Source: a virus (lineage: Duplodnaviria; Caudoviricetes). From it: DNA of 48,006 nt. The notes beneath the pieces are model-generated. The model did not search any database. It saw only the letters and a list, made by a program, of their open reading frames with translations, and was not told the origin of the DNA. The translations under genes were made by a program, and so were the position numbers. How positions within the stretch are numbered: position 1 is the first letter of the stretch; each line of letters begins with the position of its first letter. Positions 19,121 through 26,445 of this stretch are shown here, in pieces. The stretch is from positions 1 through 48,006 of IMG/VR virus record IMGVR_UViG_3300017913_002464; one strand, written 5' to 3'.

Positions 19121-19690
19121 TTAAGCCTCGCTGTAAATTAAATTAGTGTGTGCATGATGTTGTTCATCCTGCCGTATGTACTTCAACATCTCGTACAGAG
19201 TAGCATCCGGTAAAAGATTATAGTATTCAATAGCAATTTGAGGAGCAGGAACATTTTGAATACGTCCTGCATCAATTTCCCCCAGGTAGGCAGTATAGCT
19301 TTGTACTGCTTCTTCTTCAAAGTAATGTATCATGAGATGCGCTGTACGAGGCGCTACTAGATACATGAGAAGGTAATAGTGCCAGAATATAAACTGTGCA
19401 AGTACGATGAGACCCCGCTCCAGCTTTGTAGGCTGTACTACCTCCATAATAAACATCAAATGCTTACGTTCGTTTTCCGCTTCTGCAAGCATTTCGTGGA
19501 TCTTACTACCCTGCCCTTTCTTTAGCCCACGTAGGCTTGACAGGTGTGTAAGCATTCCGGCAACCATTCCCGGTACTCCAGCAATGGTTTCCAGAACTAC
19601 AGCTCTATGACCATACCGCTCGCGGAAGAACATATCCGCAGTAAAGCGAAAGAACTTGGTCATAGATTTTGCAACAATTTTGTTAGACAT
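19121..19690 (-). CDS. aox: alternative oxidase (ubiquinol oxidase, di-iron)
   Basis: LETIAGVPGMV, EAENERKHL, FEEEAVQSY, IRQDEQHH; AOX-type rather than PTOX-type signatures. Confidence 0.93.
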   Translation of the reverse strand: MSNKIVAKSMTKFFRFTADMFFRERYGHRAVVLETIAGVPGMVAGMLTHLSSLRGLKKGQGSKIHEMLAEAENERKHLMFIMEVVQPTKLERGLIVLAQFIFWHYYLLMYLVAPRTAHLMIHYFEEEAVQSYTAYLGEIDAGRIQNVPAPQIAIEYYNLLPDATLYEMLKYIRQDEQHHAHTNLIYSEA

Positions 19691-20129
19691 TTTCAAGTCT
19701 TGTCATTAACCTCTCTGCTCGATTCCCTACTTGCTTGTGCCAGAGCGAGTCTCGCCCTTCGATAGCTGCTTGGGACCATTCGCCGTCCACAAGATGGGCA
19801 TTCATTTTTTTGAATTTGCGAAGTCTTGGGCGCCCGAGGTTGAACATCATGTTTACGAGTATCTCTTGTACTTCTCCAGGGAAGCCTTCCCAGACGTCTG
19901 GGCCATAGAGTGCAACGCATTCGCTTACAGCCACATCGAGATCGCTTTCAAAACACTCGATGACTCGCTCAACTGAGACTGGCTCTCCAACGTCGTATCC
20001 GTGTTCTGGATCTGACTCAAGCACGAAATGTCCCACTCCGAAGGTTTTGTACCCAAGATGGTCCAAATAAATTTCATACACTACTCCTTCATCAACCTTG
20101 AGCTGTTCGTAGACTGCTTCTCTGTTCAT
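19683..20129 (-). CDS. T4-lysozyme-like muramidase (GH24)
   Basis: DEGVVYEIYLDHLGYKTFGVGH catalytic E/D/T pattern; NMMFNLG, DSLWHKQVGNRA. Confidence 0.9.
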   Translation of the reverse strand: MNREAVYEQLKVDEGVVYEIYLDHLGYKTFGVGHFVLESDPEHGYDVGEPVSVERVIECFESDLDVAVSECVALYGPDVWEGFPGEVQEILVNMMFNLGRPRLRKFKKMNAHLVDGEWSQAAIEGRDSLWHKQVGNRAERLMTRLENV

Positions 20130-20172
20130 TTAATTCTCCGAAAATGCGGGGCGCGAAGACCCCGCTAATGCT

Positions 20173-20427
20173 TTACGATTCTTTACTCGCAGACTTAGTG
20201 CCGACAAATCGCCACTCCTTCTTTCTTTTATCGTATTCATGTACAAGTACAACATCGGTTAGTCCTACTCTGTAGGGGGTAGGCTTCCTTAGATCAATGC
20301 CATAAACTCGTACTTCTTCCATTTTTTGTGCTCTCCGTCCTGGCCCTGTTTCTTTCTTTTCTGTCGCCAGACCCGTCTGAGCAAATAGTACAACTCCAAG
20401 AGCTGTAAGTATTGCTAGCTGTTTCAT
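20173..20427 (-). CDS. hypothetical exported protein
   Basis: AGGAG RBS and signal peptide MKQLAILTALGVVLFAQTGLA. Confidence 0.65.
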   Translation of the reverse strand: MKQLAILTALGVVLFAQTGLATEKKETGPGRRAQKMEEVRVYGIDLRKPTPYRVGLTDVVLVHEYDKRKKEWRFVGTKSASKES

Positions 20428-20434
20428 ATATCTC

Positions 20435-20851
20435 CTATGAAATGGTAACCTTAACTGGTTGCAACTCCTTAGGGATTTCTTCATGCAAGTCGATGCATAG
20501 CAGACCACGCTCCATGTAAGCTCGATCAAGAATGACGTGTTCGCTTACTCCGAACGTTCGTGTGAAACACTTACCACTCAGTCCTTTGTAGACATAGACT
20601 TCTTCAGCAGGCAGTGCTTGCTTTGTAAGCCCTTCTACTTTTAAAACTCCTTTGTGTAGGCTAATTTCGATGTCCTCTTTGTTCCATCCAGGCACAGCTA
20701 ATTCGATACGAAAACCTGTATCTCCAACTTTTAGGATATTAAAACGAGGATAGCCGCCGTCAAGAGTTCCGGCAAATAAGTTTGTGTCCATGAATCGGTC
20801 AAAACCTAACAGATATTTCTGCAGGTCAGCCATAGCTAACTGCTTAGTCAT
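20435..20851 (-). CDS. small heat shock protein (Hsp20/IbpA family)
   Basis: LGFDRF, YPRFNI, IELAVPG, YKGLS...FTRTF, GLLCIDL. Confidence 0.92.
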   Translation of the reverse strand: MTKQLAMADLQKYLLGFDRFMDTNLFAGTLDGGYPRFNILKVGDTGFRIELAVPGWNKEDIEISLHKGVLKVEGLTKQALPAEEVYVYKGLSGKCFTRTFGVSEHVILDRAYMERGLLCIDLHEEIPKELQPVKVTIS

Positions 20852-20950
20852 AAAGTTCTCCTTTTATGAATTGCGTCCTTTCGGTACGCTGGGGTTCTTT
20901 CGATACCACCGGTTTATAAAAATAAGGGATTGTAGGCTCCCCTGGGCCGT

Positions 20951-21478
20951 TTATTCTGTGCCTATCTCAAAATGATGGTAGTCAAGCATAGGTCTTTTAT
21001 CTTGTCTTCGACAAGTGTCGATGTAATCATTTGTAATATCTTCAATGAATGTAATATCCAAAGCACACAAATCATCAATTAAGGGAGCGCCTCCCCAACG
21101 AAGTTTAAATCCTCCAACTTCTCGGGCTGCATAAATCATACCCTGAGTGAGTTCGTCATAAACTTCTACTTCTAAACAGAGACGGTTTCCAATAAAAATT
21201 CCAAGATCTACAGCATATCCGTACAGGTGTGCGGAGTGCCCTGACTTTAGTGTAGCTCCTTTCTGCCACAGCCACTCGTGCTCTTTTTCTGTTCGCTTGC
21301 CTTCAATTACTTGAATATTTAGGTCTGAACACATACCAGATACTTTGTGTACGCACTCAGCCAATCGCTTATCTATGCCGTCTAGTTTTTCTAGGCTAGC
21401 ATCTGACAGGTAAAACTGTCTTCCAGAATAATCGACATCTTCAAATGTTTTGGCAACTTTATTAGTCATTTGGTTCAT
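20951..21478 (-). CDS. M15 family L-alanyl-D-glutamate peptidase (T5 endolysin-like)
   Basis: EGKR, SAHLYGYAVDL, LRWGG, DYHHFE Zn-ligand pattern. Confidence 0.85.
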   Translation of the reverse strand: MNQMTNKVAKTFEDVDYSGRQFYLSDASLEKLDGIDKRLAECVHKVSGMCSDLNIQVIEGKRTEKEHEWLWQKGATLKSGHSAHLYGYAVDLGIFIGNRLCLEVEVYDELTQGMIYAAREVGGFKLRWGGAPLIDDLCALDITFIEDITNDYIDTCRRQDKRPMLDYHHFEIGTE

Positions 21479-21608
21479 CTACCTCTATTGCTCCGGTGTT
21501 AATAAAATAGTCGACAGTAGCTTCTATACCGTCACGCCGACCTAAGTGAAATGCAGTTTGAGCACAGCCAAACATACAAATTCCAAAAATTAAATATAAC
21601 TCAATCAA
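21462..21608 (-). CDS. small membrane protein
   Basis: AAGGAG RBS then TTG start; hydrophobic N-terminus. Confidence 0.55.
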   Translation of the reverse strand: MIELYLIFGICMFGCAQTAFHLGRRDGIEATVDYFINTGAIEVDEPND

Positions 21609-21653
21609 AATGATCTCCTTACAAAGCGCAGAAGTGCACTCATCAATGACATC

Positions 21654-21682
21654 ATTATACAGAAAAATGAAACGAATGTCAA
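21654..21682 (-). promoter_or_regulatory. sigma70 promoter TTGACA-17-TATAAT (leftward member of a divergent pair)
   Basis: Perfect consensus. Confidence 0.87.
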
Positions 21683-21718
21683 GATATTTTTTTGACGACC
21701 TCATTAAAAAAATAATGC

Positions 21719-21747
21719 TTGACTTTTGATTTCATTTCCCTTATAAT
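21719..21747 (+). promoter_or_regulatory. sigma70 promoter TTGACT-17-TATAAT (rightward), probably leaderless
   Basis: ATG 7 nt after the -10. Confidence 0.83.
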
Positions 21748-21754
21748 AATCAAT

Positions 21755-21946
21755 ATGAAAATATACAGTAAAAAACCGTGGTCGCAAAGGGAGCGTCAAC
21801 TGCTGAAAGAGGTTTACGGAAGTTCAAATGAAGAACAGCTACGTGAGCACTTTCCAGATAGGACGTATAACTCTGTGCGTAAGCAAGTTTCGTATTTACG
21901 AAAAAAGGGTTGGACATTTAATGCCATCAGTAAAAGTAAGAAATAA
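21755..21946 (+). CDS. small Myb/SANT-like HTH protein
   Basis: KPWSQRERQLLKEVY...FPDRTYNSVRKQVSYLR. Confidence 0.7.
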   Translation: MKIYSKKPWSQRERQLLKEVYGSSNEEQLREHFPDRTYNSVRKQVSYLRKKGWTFNAISKSKK

Positions 21947-22130
21947 CAACGTAAACTCAGCACTTCGCGTTTTGAAAAGAAAGTGCACAGATCATTTGTG
22001 GGAAGTCCGCGAAAAAGAATTTTATACTAAACCCTCGGAAAAGCGTAGGAAGGCAAAGAAGGCCGGAATCGCTCGAGCGAGAAAGAAACTAGAACAGGAA
22101 AGGAAAAAATATGATACCAAGCAATTTTGA
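21921..22130 (+). CDS. rpsU: ribosomal protein bS21
   Basis: MPSVKVRNNNVNSALRVLKRKC...EVREKEFYTKPSEKRRKAKKA. Confidence 0.92.
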   Translation: MPSVKVRNNNVNSALRVLKRKCTDHLWEVREKEFYTKPSEKRRKAKKAGIARARKKLEQERKKYDTKQF

Positions 22131-22494
22131 ACTTGCAGGCGATTTCATGGAAGCCTTTGGTCAAGAGGTACAAGTTCATCCGACTTGGCCTGACTTTAGT
22201 ACACGTGAATTACGCCTGGAGTTGATTCGAGAAGAATATGAAGAACTGGAAGAAGCTATTGAAAACCGTGACCTCGTGGAGGTTGCCGACGCTCTTACAG
22301 ATTTGTTATACGTTATCTATGGTGCTGGTCATGCATTTGGCATTGACCTTGACGAATGCTATCTTGAAGTTCACCGGAGCAATATGAGTAAACTCGGTGC
22401 AGATGGCAGACCTATGAAGAGAGAAGACGGCAAAGTCATTAAGGGGCCAAACTTTTTTGAGCCCAACTTAAAAGATATTCTAGTAGAAGCCTAA
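22111..22494 (+). CDS. MazG-like / PRA-PH nucleoside triphosphate pyrophosphohydrolase
   Basis: LIREEYEEL, EVADALTDLLYV, EVHRSNMSK, REDGKVIKGP. Confidence 0.9.
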   Translation: MIPSNFELAGDFMEAFGQEVQVHPTWPDFSTRELRLELIREEYEELEEAIENRDLVEVADALTDLLYVIYGAGHAFGIDLDECYLEVHRSNMSKLGADGRPMKREDGKVIKGPNFFEPNLKDILVEA

Positions 22495-22622
22495 TGGATA
22501 TAGGTCTACTAGGGTTGCTCGCAATCTTCATGTGTCCAATGGTATTTGGTGGAATCACTATGTACTACTCACATGAGGCTATTCACAAACAAACACTTGA
22601 AAGGTGGAAGAAACATGATTAA
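22494..22622 (+). CDS. 42-aa membrane microprotein
   Basis: Manual translation MDIGLLGLLAIFMCPMVFGGITMYYSHEAIHKQTLERWKKHD; TAATG-coupled. Confidence 0.6.
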   Translation: MDIGLLGLLAIFMCPMVFGGITMYYSHEAIHKQTLERWKKHD

Positions 22623-22953
22623 GAAACTTGGATTCGCAATCTATGATCTTTATGAGTTTTTCTTTAACTTAAAGATCAATCCATTGCGACACATACCAAA
22701 TCCGTTTACTCAGTTTATATTGATGTTTTACTTGTCTGTAATGTGGACAGCTATTTTCACATTCTGGGCAGGCTACACAATTTACTTTGGAATCTACAGC
22801 GTGGGAGGCCATCTCATGGTTGTAGGTGGATTTTTTATTACTGCTATCACTTTTCGTGATGCAGAAAAGAATGGCCACTTGTGGGTGCAAAGATTCCCGC
22901 CAGCGGACAGAACCAAAAACAAAACTGTCTGGGACTTGGAGAAGGAAGGCTAA
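22615..22953 (+). CDS. membrane protein
   Basis: NPLRHIPNP followed by two hydrophobic segments; ends WDLEKEG. Confidence 0.7.
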   Translation: MIKKLGFAIYDLYEFFFNLKINPLRHIPNPFTQFILMFYLSVMWTAIFTFWAGYTIYFGIYSVGGHLMVVGGFFITAITFRDAEKNGHLWVQRFPPADRTKNKTVWDLEKEG

Positions 22954-23342
22954 TGTATTCAGATAAAGTAATAGATCACTATGAAAATCCTCGCAATGTT
23001 GGAAAGATGGATAGAGAGGATAAGGATGTCGGTACAGGTATGGTGGGAGCACCTGCCTGTGGTGATGTTATGCAGTTGCAAATAAGAGTAGAAGATGGAA
23101 TCATTGAAGACGCTAAATTTAAAACCTACGGCTGCGGTAGTGCTATTGCTTCTAGTTCTTTACTCACCGAGTGGGTCAAAGGCAAAAGTTTGGAAGAAGC
23201 CGGGCGAATCACTAATACAGACATCGCACGAGAACTTACACTACCTCCAGTAAAAATACACTGCTCAGTACTTGCAGAGGATGCCATCAAAGCTGCAATC
23301 GCAGACTATAATCAAAAGGAGCACACGGCCAACAATCAATGA
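22953..23342 (+). CDS. iscU: Fe-S cluster scaffold IscU
   Basis: YSDKVIDHYENPRNVG, APACGDVM, KTYGCGSAIASSS, LPPVKIHCS. Confidence 0.96.
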   Translation: MYSDKVIDHYENPRNVGKMDREDKDVGTGMVGAPACGDVMQLQIRVEDGIIEDAKFKTYGCGSAIASSSLLTEWVKGKSLEEAGRITNTDIARELTLPPVKIHCSVLAEDAIKAAIADYNQKEHTANNQ

Positions 23343-23530
23343 CCGTGATCTGGCTGTATCTCGTACTCGAAGGAGGTACAGCTATTTACAATGAACGTAA
23401 TCAAGTAGTAACAGTAAAAGTCTGTCAGTATAAGAATTACCACGATAGAACGGACGATGAAAAATATACTTTCTATATACCAATTACTGCTAAGTGTCCG
23501 CCATATGTAAGACACAAAAAAGGGGCCTGA
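23339..23530 (+). CDS. hypothetical protein
   Basis: ATGA-coupled to iscU; ends at a terminator. Confidence 0.55.
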   Translation: MTVIWLYLVLEGGTAIYNERNQVVTVKVCQYKNYHDRTDDEKYTFYIPITAKCPPYVRHKKGA

Positions 23531-23544
23531 GCCCCTTTTTCTTT
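23515..23544. terminator. bidirectional intrinsic terminator
   Basis: AAAAAAGGGGC-CTGA-GCCCCTTTTTT between convergent genes. Confidence 0.88.
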
Positions 23545-23779
23545 ATGTGAGTACTACAGCTTTTGTAACTTCACATCTATGTGTTTTCTTCCGTGTTTTC
23601 ATTACCACGGTTGAACCTTTCTCTGGCTTGCCTCGTAATTTGACAGCCGTAGGTCTACTTGTAGTCGTGCAGCTTGTTACAAGCGCATAGGTCTTACCTT
23701 TCTTTTCGACTACCACAATCTCCTGAGAATATACATTAAATGACAGCAACAGGGCTGCCATACCCATTAGATATTTCAT
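23543..23779 (-). CDS. small exported protein
   Basis: AGGAG RBS, signal peptide, two Cys, own promoter. Confidence 0.7.
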   Translation of the reverse strand: MKYLMGMAALLLSFNVYSQEIVVVEKKGKTYALVTSCTTTSRPTAVKLRGKPEKGSTVVMKTRKKTHRCEVTKAVVLT

Positions 23780-23857
23780 TGTATTCTCCTATCGTCTCAC
23801 GACGATCTCTGTCGCTTCACAGCGTATGAATTTAAAACAGTACTCGACTGTAATAAT

Positions 23858-23887
23858 ATTGTAACATTTCATACCAAAAAATGTCAA
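23858..23887 (-). promoter_or_regulatory. sigma70 promoter TTGACA-18-TACAAT
   Basis: Near-consensus with TG upstream of the -10. Confidence 0.75.
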
Positions 23888-23899
23888 GAATTATTTTTG

Positions 23900-24601
23900 C
23901 TATGCCTTGTCTAAATCGTGTAGAGTAAATACTCCACCTTCTTCGGTTACATACGTAGCAATCTCAACGAACGTGCCTGTATTTACTACATTCTCTGTTA
24001 TTAGAGGCATATGTGTGTGACCGTATACAATTACATTCGCACTGTATTCATTTCTATACTTCTCGAGCACAGCATTCATGTTGAATGCTTTTGCAATTAA
24101 CTTTTTTACTCGGTCTTTTGCCCACTTTGAAAAACTCCAGTATGAAAAGCCAAACGCACTGCGAACGAAGTTTACATACTTATTTAAATGCAGTCCGATA
24201 TGATAGAGATAATCACCTATCAACTGTGTGTTTCTACTTACACGGTCGAGCTGGTCTCCATGTATGCAAAGTATTTTACGTTTTCCACTTTTGTACACGT
24301 ATTCTCTACAAAGTTTAAGCCCTGCGAGTTTATCTGTGTACTCCTGTAGATAGTAGAGCGGATAGTCGTGATTGCCGATAACGTATATCACTTCTTTACT
24401 TTTCGCAATCTTCAATATTCGTTTCAGCACTGCAGTATGATGCTCGTCCCAGTACGGACGTTTCATCATTTGTGCAATATCGAATATATCTCCTACGAGC
24501 ACGAGACGATCAAACTTTTCTGTGTTTAATACTTTCAATATGTCAGATGCACGAGAAAAGCCAAATCCAATATGAAGATCGCTCATAAGTAATGTTTTCA
24601 T
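23900..24601 (-). CDS. calcineurin-like metallophosphoesterase (LpxH/LpxH2-like)
   Basis: SDLHIG, GDIFD, GNHD, HGDQLD, GHTH, NTG. Confidence 0.85.
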   Translation of the reverse strand: MKTLLMSDLHIGFGFSRASDILKVLNTEKFDRLVLVGDIFDIAQMMKRPYWDEHHTAVLKRILKIAKSKEVIYVIGNHDYPLYYLQEYTDKLAGLKLCREYVYKSGKRKILCIHGDQLDRVSRNTQLIGDYLYHIGLHLNKYVNFVRSAFGFSYWSFSKWAKDRVKKLIAKAFNMNAVLEKYRNEYSANVIVYGHTHMPLITENVVNTGTFVEIATYVTEEGGVFTLHDLDKA

Positions 24602-24789
24602 AGCCAAAGTCCCATATTCATACCGTTGTGTGCTATAATGAAGAAACACGTTACAATATGTACTATCCACCAAAAAGTGCGAATACCTGCTACGATATCC
24701 GCTTCTCTATCATTTCCTACTTTGTTTCCGAGAGATTGAGCCCAGATGCGCCACCACTTTCGTTCATCTACTATTCTATACTTACTCAT
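24598..24789 (-). CDS. small membrane protein
   Basis: WRIWAQSLG.K....READIVAGIRT plus a transmembrane segment; gene-coupled. Confidence 0.65.
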   Translation of the reverse strand: MSKYRIVDERKWWRIWAQSLGNKVGNDREADIVAGIRTFWWIVHIVTCFFIIAHNGMNMGLWL

Positions 24790-24982
24790 AGCCGCTCTGA
24801 CCCCGCCGCGCTTTTTCTCGTCGCTGTATGTCTCGTCTTGCCATCATCTCTGTAGCACGATACTCCCAGACCCACGGTAGTAGTCCGTGTACTATTATTA
24901 CAAATCCGACTGACCAGGCAAAACGTAGATGCTCAAAATAGGTTTCTCCTGCTTCATGCAGATGACTTAATCTACGGGCCAT
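24782..24982 (-). CDS. small membrane protein (DUF6356-like, recalled from memory)
   Basis: HLHEAGETYFEHLRFA...IVHGLLPW. Confidence 0.6.
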   Translation of the reverse strand: MARRLSHLHEAGETYFEHLRFAWSVGFVIIVHGLLPWVWEYRATEMMARRDIQRREKARRGQSGYE

Positions 24983-25128
24983 TCCATTATCTCCCACTCA
25001 CCTTCGTAGTACATTCCACTTTCCATGATGTACTCATAGGCTGCTTCATAAGTTTCAAATGGCTGATCTGCAAAGAGTACGCCATTCAACTCAATATAAT
25101 AAATAAAATCTGTATTCAACTTGTACAT
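24967..25128 (-). CDS. acidic microprotein
   Basis: TAATG-coupled start MYKLNTDF. Confidence 0.55.
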   Translation of the reverse strand: MYKLNTDFIYYIELNGVLFADQPFETYEAAYEYIMESGMYYEGEWEIMEWPVD

Positions 25129-25214
25129 TACCTCAGATACCACATTGTAAACAACTGTGCCTGTAGTATTACCATAAAGAGTAGAAAGTGTCCTACTGTT
25201 ATTGCTTCGTTCAT
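25128..25214 (-). CDS. 28-aa hydrophobic microprotein
   Basis: Manual translation MNEAITVGHFLLFMVILQAQLFTMWYLR; AAGGAG RBS; coupled at both ends. Confidence 0.55.
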   Translation of the reverse strand: MNEAITVGHFLLFMVILQAQLFTMWYLR

Positions 25215-25294
25215 TCGTCGTCTCCTTCTCCACCTACGACGAGCCAAAGAACAATGATGGCACAGCCAAGTAATAAAAATGTAAACTCAAACAT
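25211..25294 (-). CDS. 27-aa hydrophobic microprotein
   Basis: MFEFTFLLLGCAIIVLWLVVGGEGDDE; TAATG-coupled with AAGGAG RBS. Confidence 0.55.
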   Translation of the reverse strand: MFEFTFLLLGCAIIVLWLVVGGEGDDE

Positions 25295-25605
25295 TACGCC
25301 CACTCCTTCATAATTGCTACTGTGAGCATAAACCATGATACTGTATTCAACATGATTAATGCTCGATCTCTCCAAATTACGGACACCCAAATCCACAAGA
25401 GAATGCCCACCCAACCAAAGTATAAATCGTACATTCGGTACTCAATACCAGCAGCTCGCATAGCGAGGCTAAACAGTACTATCACCGATGCAGCCCATTT
25501 TAAATACCACTGAAAGTCCTCGGTATACCAATTACGGTCTGGCTTCGTTTTACCGAGAGCACGTACCATAGGATTTCCAACTCCTTTATTTCCGTCTTTT
25601 TCCAT
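25294..25605 (-). CDS. three-helix membrane protein (DUF6552-like, recalled from memory)
   Basis: WYLKWAAS...WRDRALIMLN. Confidence 0.7.
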   Translation of the reverse strand: MEKDGNKGVGNPMVRALGKTKPDRNWYTEDFQWYLKWAASVIVLFSLAMRAAGIEYRMYDLYFGWVGILLWIWVSVIWRDRALIMLNTVSWFMLTVAIMKEWA

Positions 25606-25760
25606 TCCTACCTTCCAATAATGCACTTTATTTTGTTTAGTTCACACTACTCTATCAATCAAACCATATACCTGCTCAAAAATAATACTTTTCTTGTGCC
25701 AAAAAATGTGGTAAAATAAATCCATATTTGATGGACAATATAGTCAATCATAACTTCTCA

Positions 25761-25937
25761 CCAAGCTAAAAGATAATCGTTTGAATGTGTGCGTTTCGTC
25801 TGTCACCCGTCGGCGTCAGCCGTAAGGGTGCTAACACGAAGCACATAATGAAACCGATTATCTGCACTTCAATCCCCAACACGCAATGTGTTTTTACTTG
25901 GTTCATCATGACGATTACATATGACCATGATAACCAA
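25761..25937. ncRNA. structured non-coding element (RNA or ssDNA hairpins)
   Basis: About 93-nt nested stem 25771-25863 (AGATAATCG/CGATTATCT, ATGTG/CACAT, TTCGT/ACGAA, CACCC/GGGTG, CGGC/GCCG) plus a second hairpin near 25898-25937, in a gene-free gap. Confidence 0.55.
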
Positions 25938-26056
25938 ATACAACCGAATAACAATAAGAATAATTAACAATTCTACAACAATCTTACTAAAAATTTCTTT
26001 TAATTTCGTACAATTATGTCCGACCCAAAATTTTTTAAACCCCGTAAAAGTGTGTA

Positions 26057-26197
26057 TTAATTTGCGTCTAATTTACGATGAATTATGTCGCGTAGAGCTA
26101 TAATTGGCAGTAGACATGCCATCATGAACATCCAGCCTGCGATCGAGAATAATACTACTTGAAATGGTAGAACTACTGCAGTTAATACGAGGTCCAT
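26057..26197 (-). CDS. 46-aa membrane microprotein
   Basis: Manual translation MDLVLTAVVLPFQVVLFSIAGWMFMMACLLPIIALRDIIHRKLDAN; TAATG-coupled. Confidence 0.6.
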   Translation of the reverse strand: MDLVLTAVVLPFQVVLFSIAGWMFMMACLLPIIALRDIIHRKLDAN

Positions 26198-26445
26198 TAA
26201 TCCCACCTTGACCCCGCTACTGCTTTTGCAATCGAATACATTTCTTCCGCTTTTACATTCTCAAACTCAATCATATTTTCACTTTCAAGAACACGCCAGC
26301 TTCTTACTGGTAATTTTCGTTGGCAGATCTTTACTGCTTTCTGAAAATCCTCGACTTTTTCGAATTTCCACTTTGGTCCTTTCAACATCGTATTTCTCAT
26401 TCCTAGCATTTCTTCATGCTCTCCTGTGTATCCTCCACACATCAC
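26197..26445 (-). CDS. hypothetical protein
   Basis: ORF coupled to its neighbours, GGAGG RBS. Confidence 0.6.
   Translation of the reverse strand: MMCGGYTGEHEEMLGMRNTMLKGPKWKFEKVEDFQKAVKICQRKLPVRSWRVLESENMIEFENVKAEEMYSIAKAVAGSRWD

Noticed and set aside
16702-23342. Host chromosomal contamination or prophage flank explaining aceA, aox, rpsU and iscU
   Set aside because: The genes overlap phage genes, use the same promoter motif, and lack their bacterial operon partners (aceB, iscS, dnaG-rpoD)
25766-26103. ORF-track calls in the 25.7-26.1 kb gap
   Set aside because: No RBS, low-complexity translations and mutual overlap; the hairpins explain the region better
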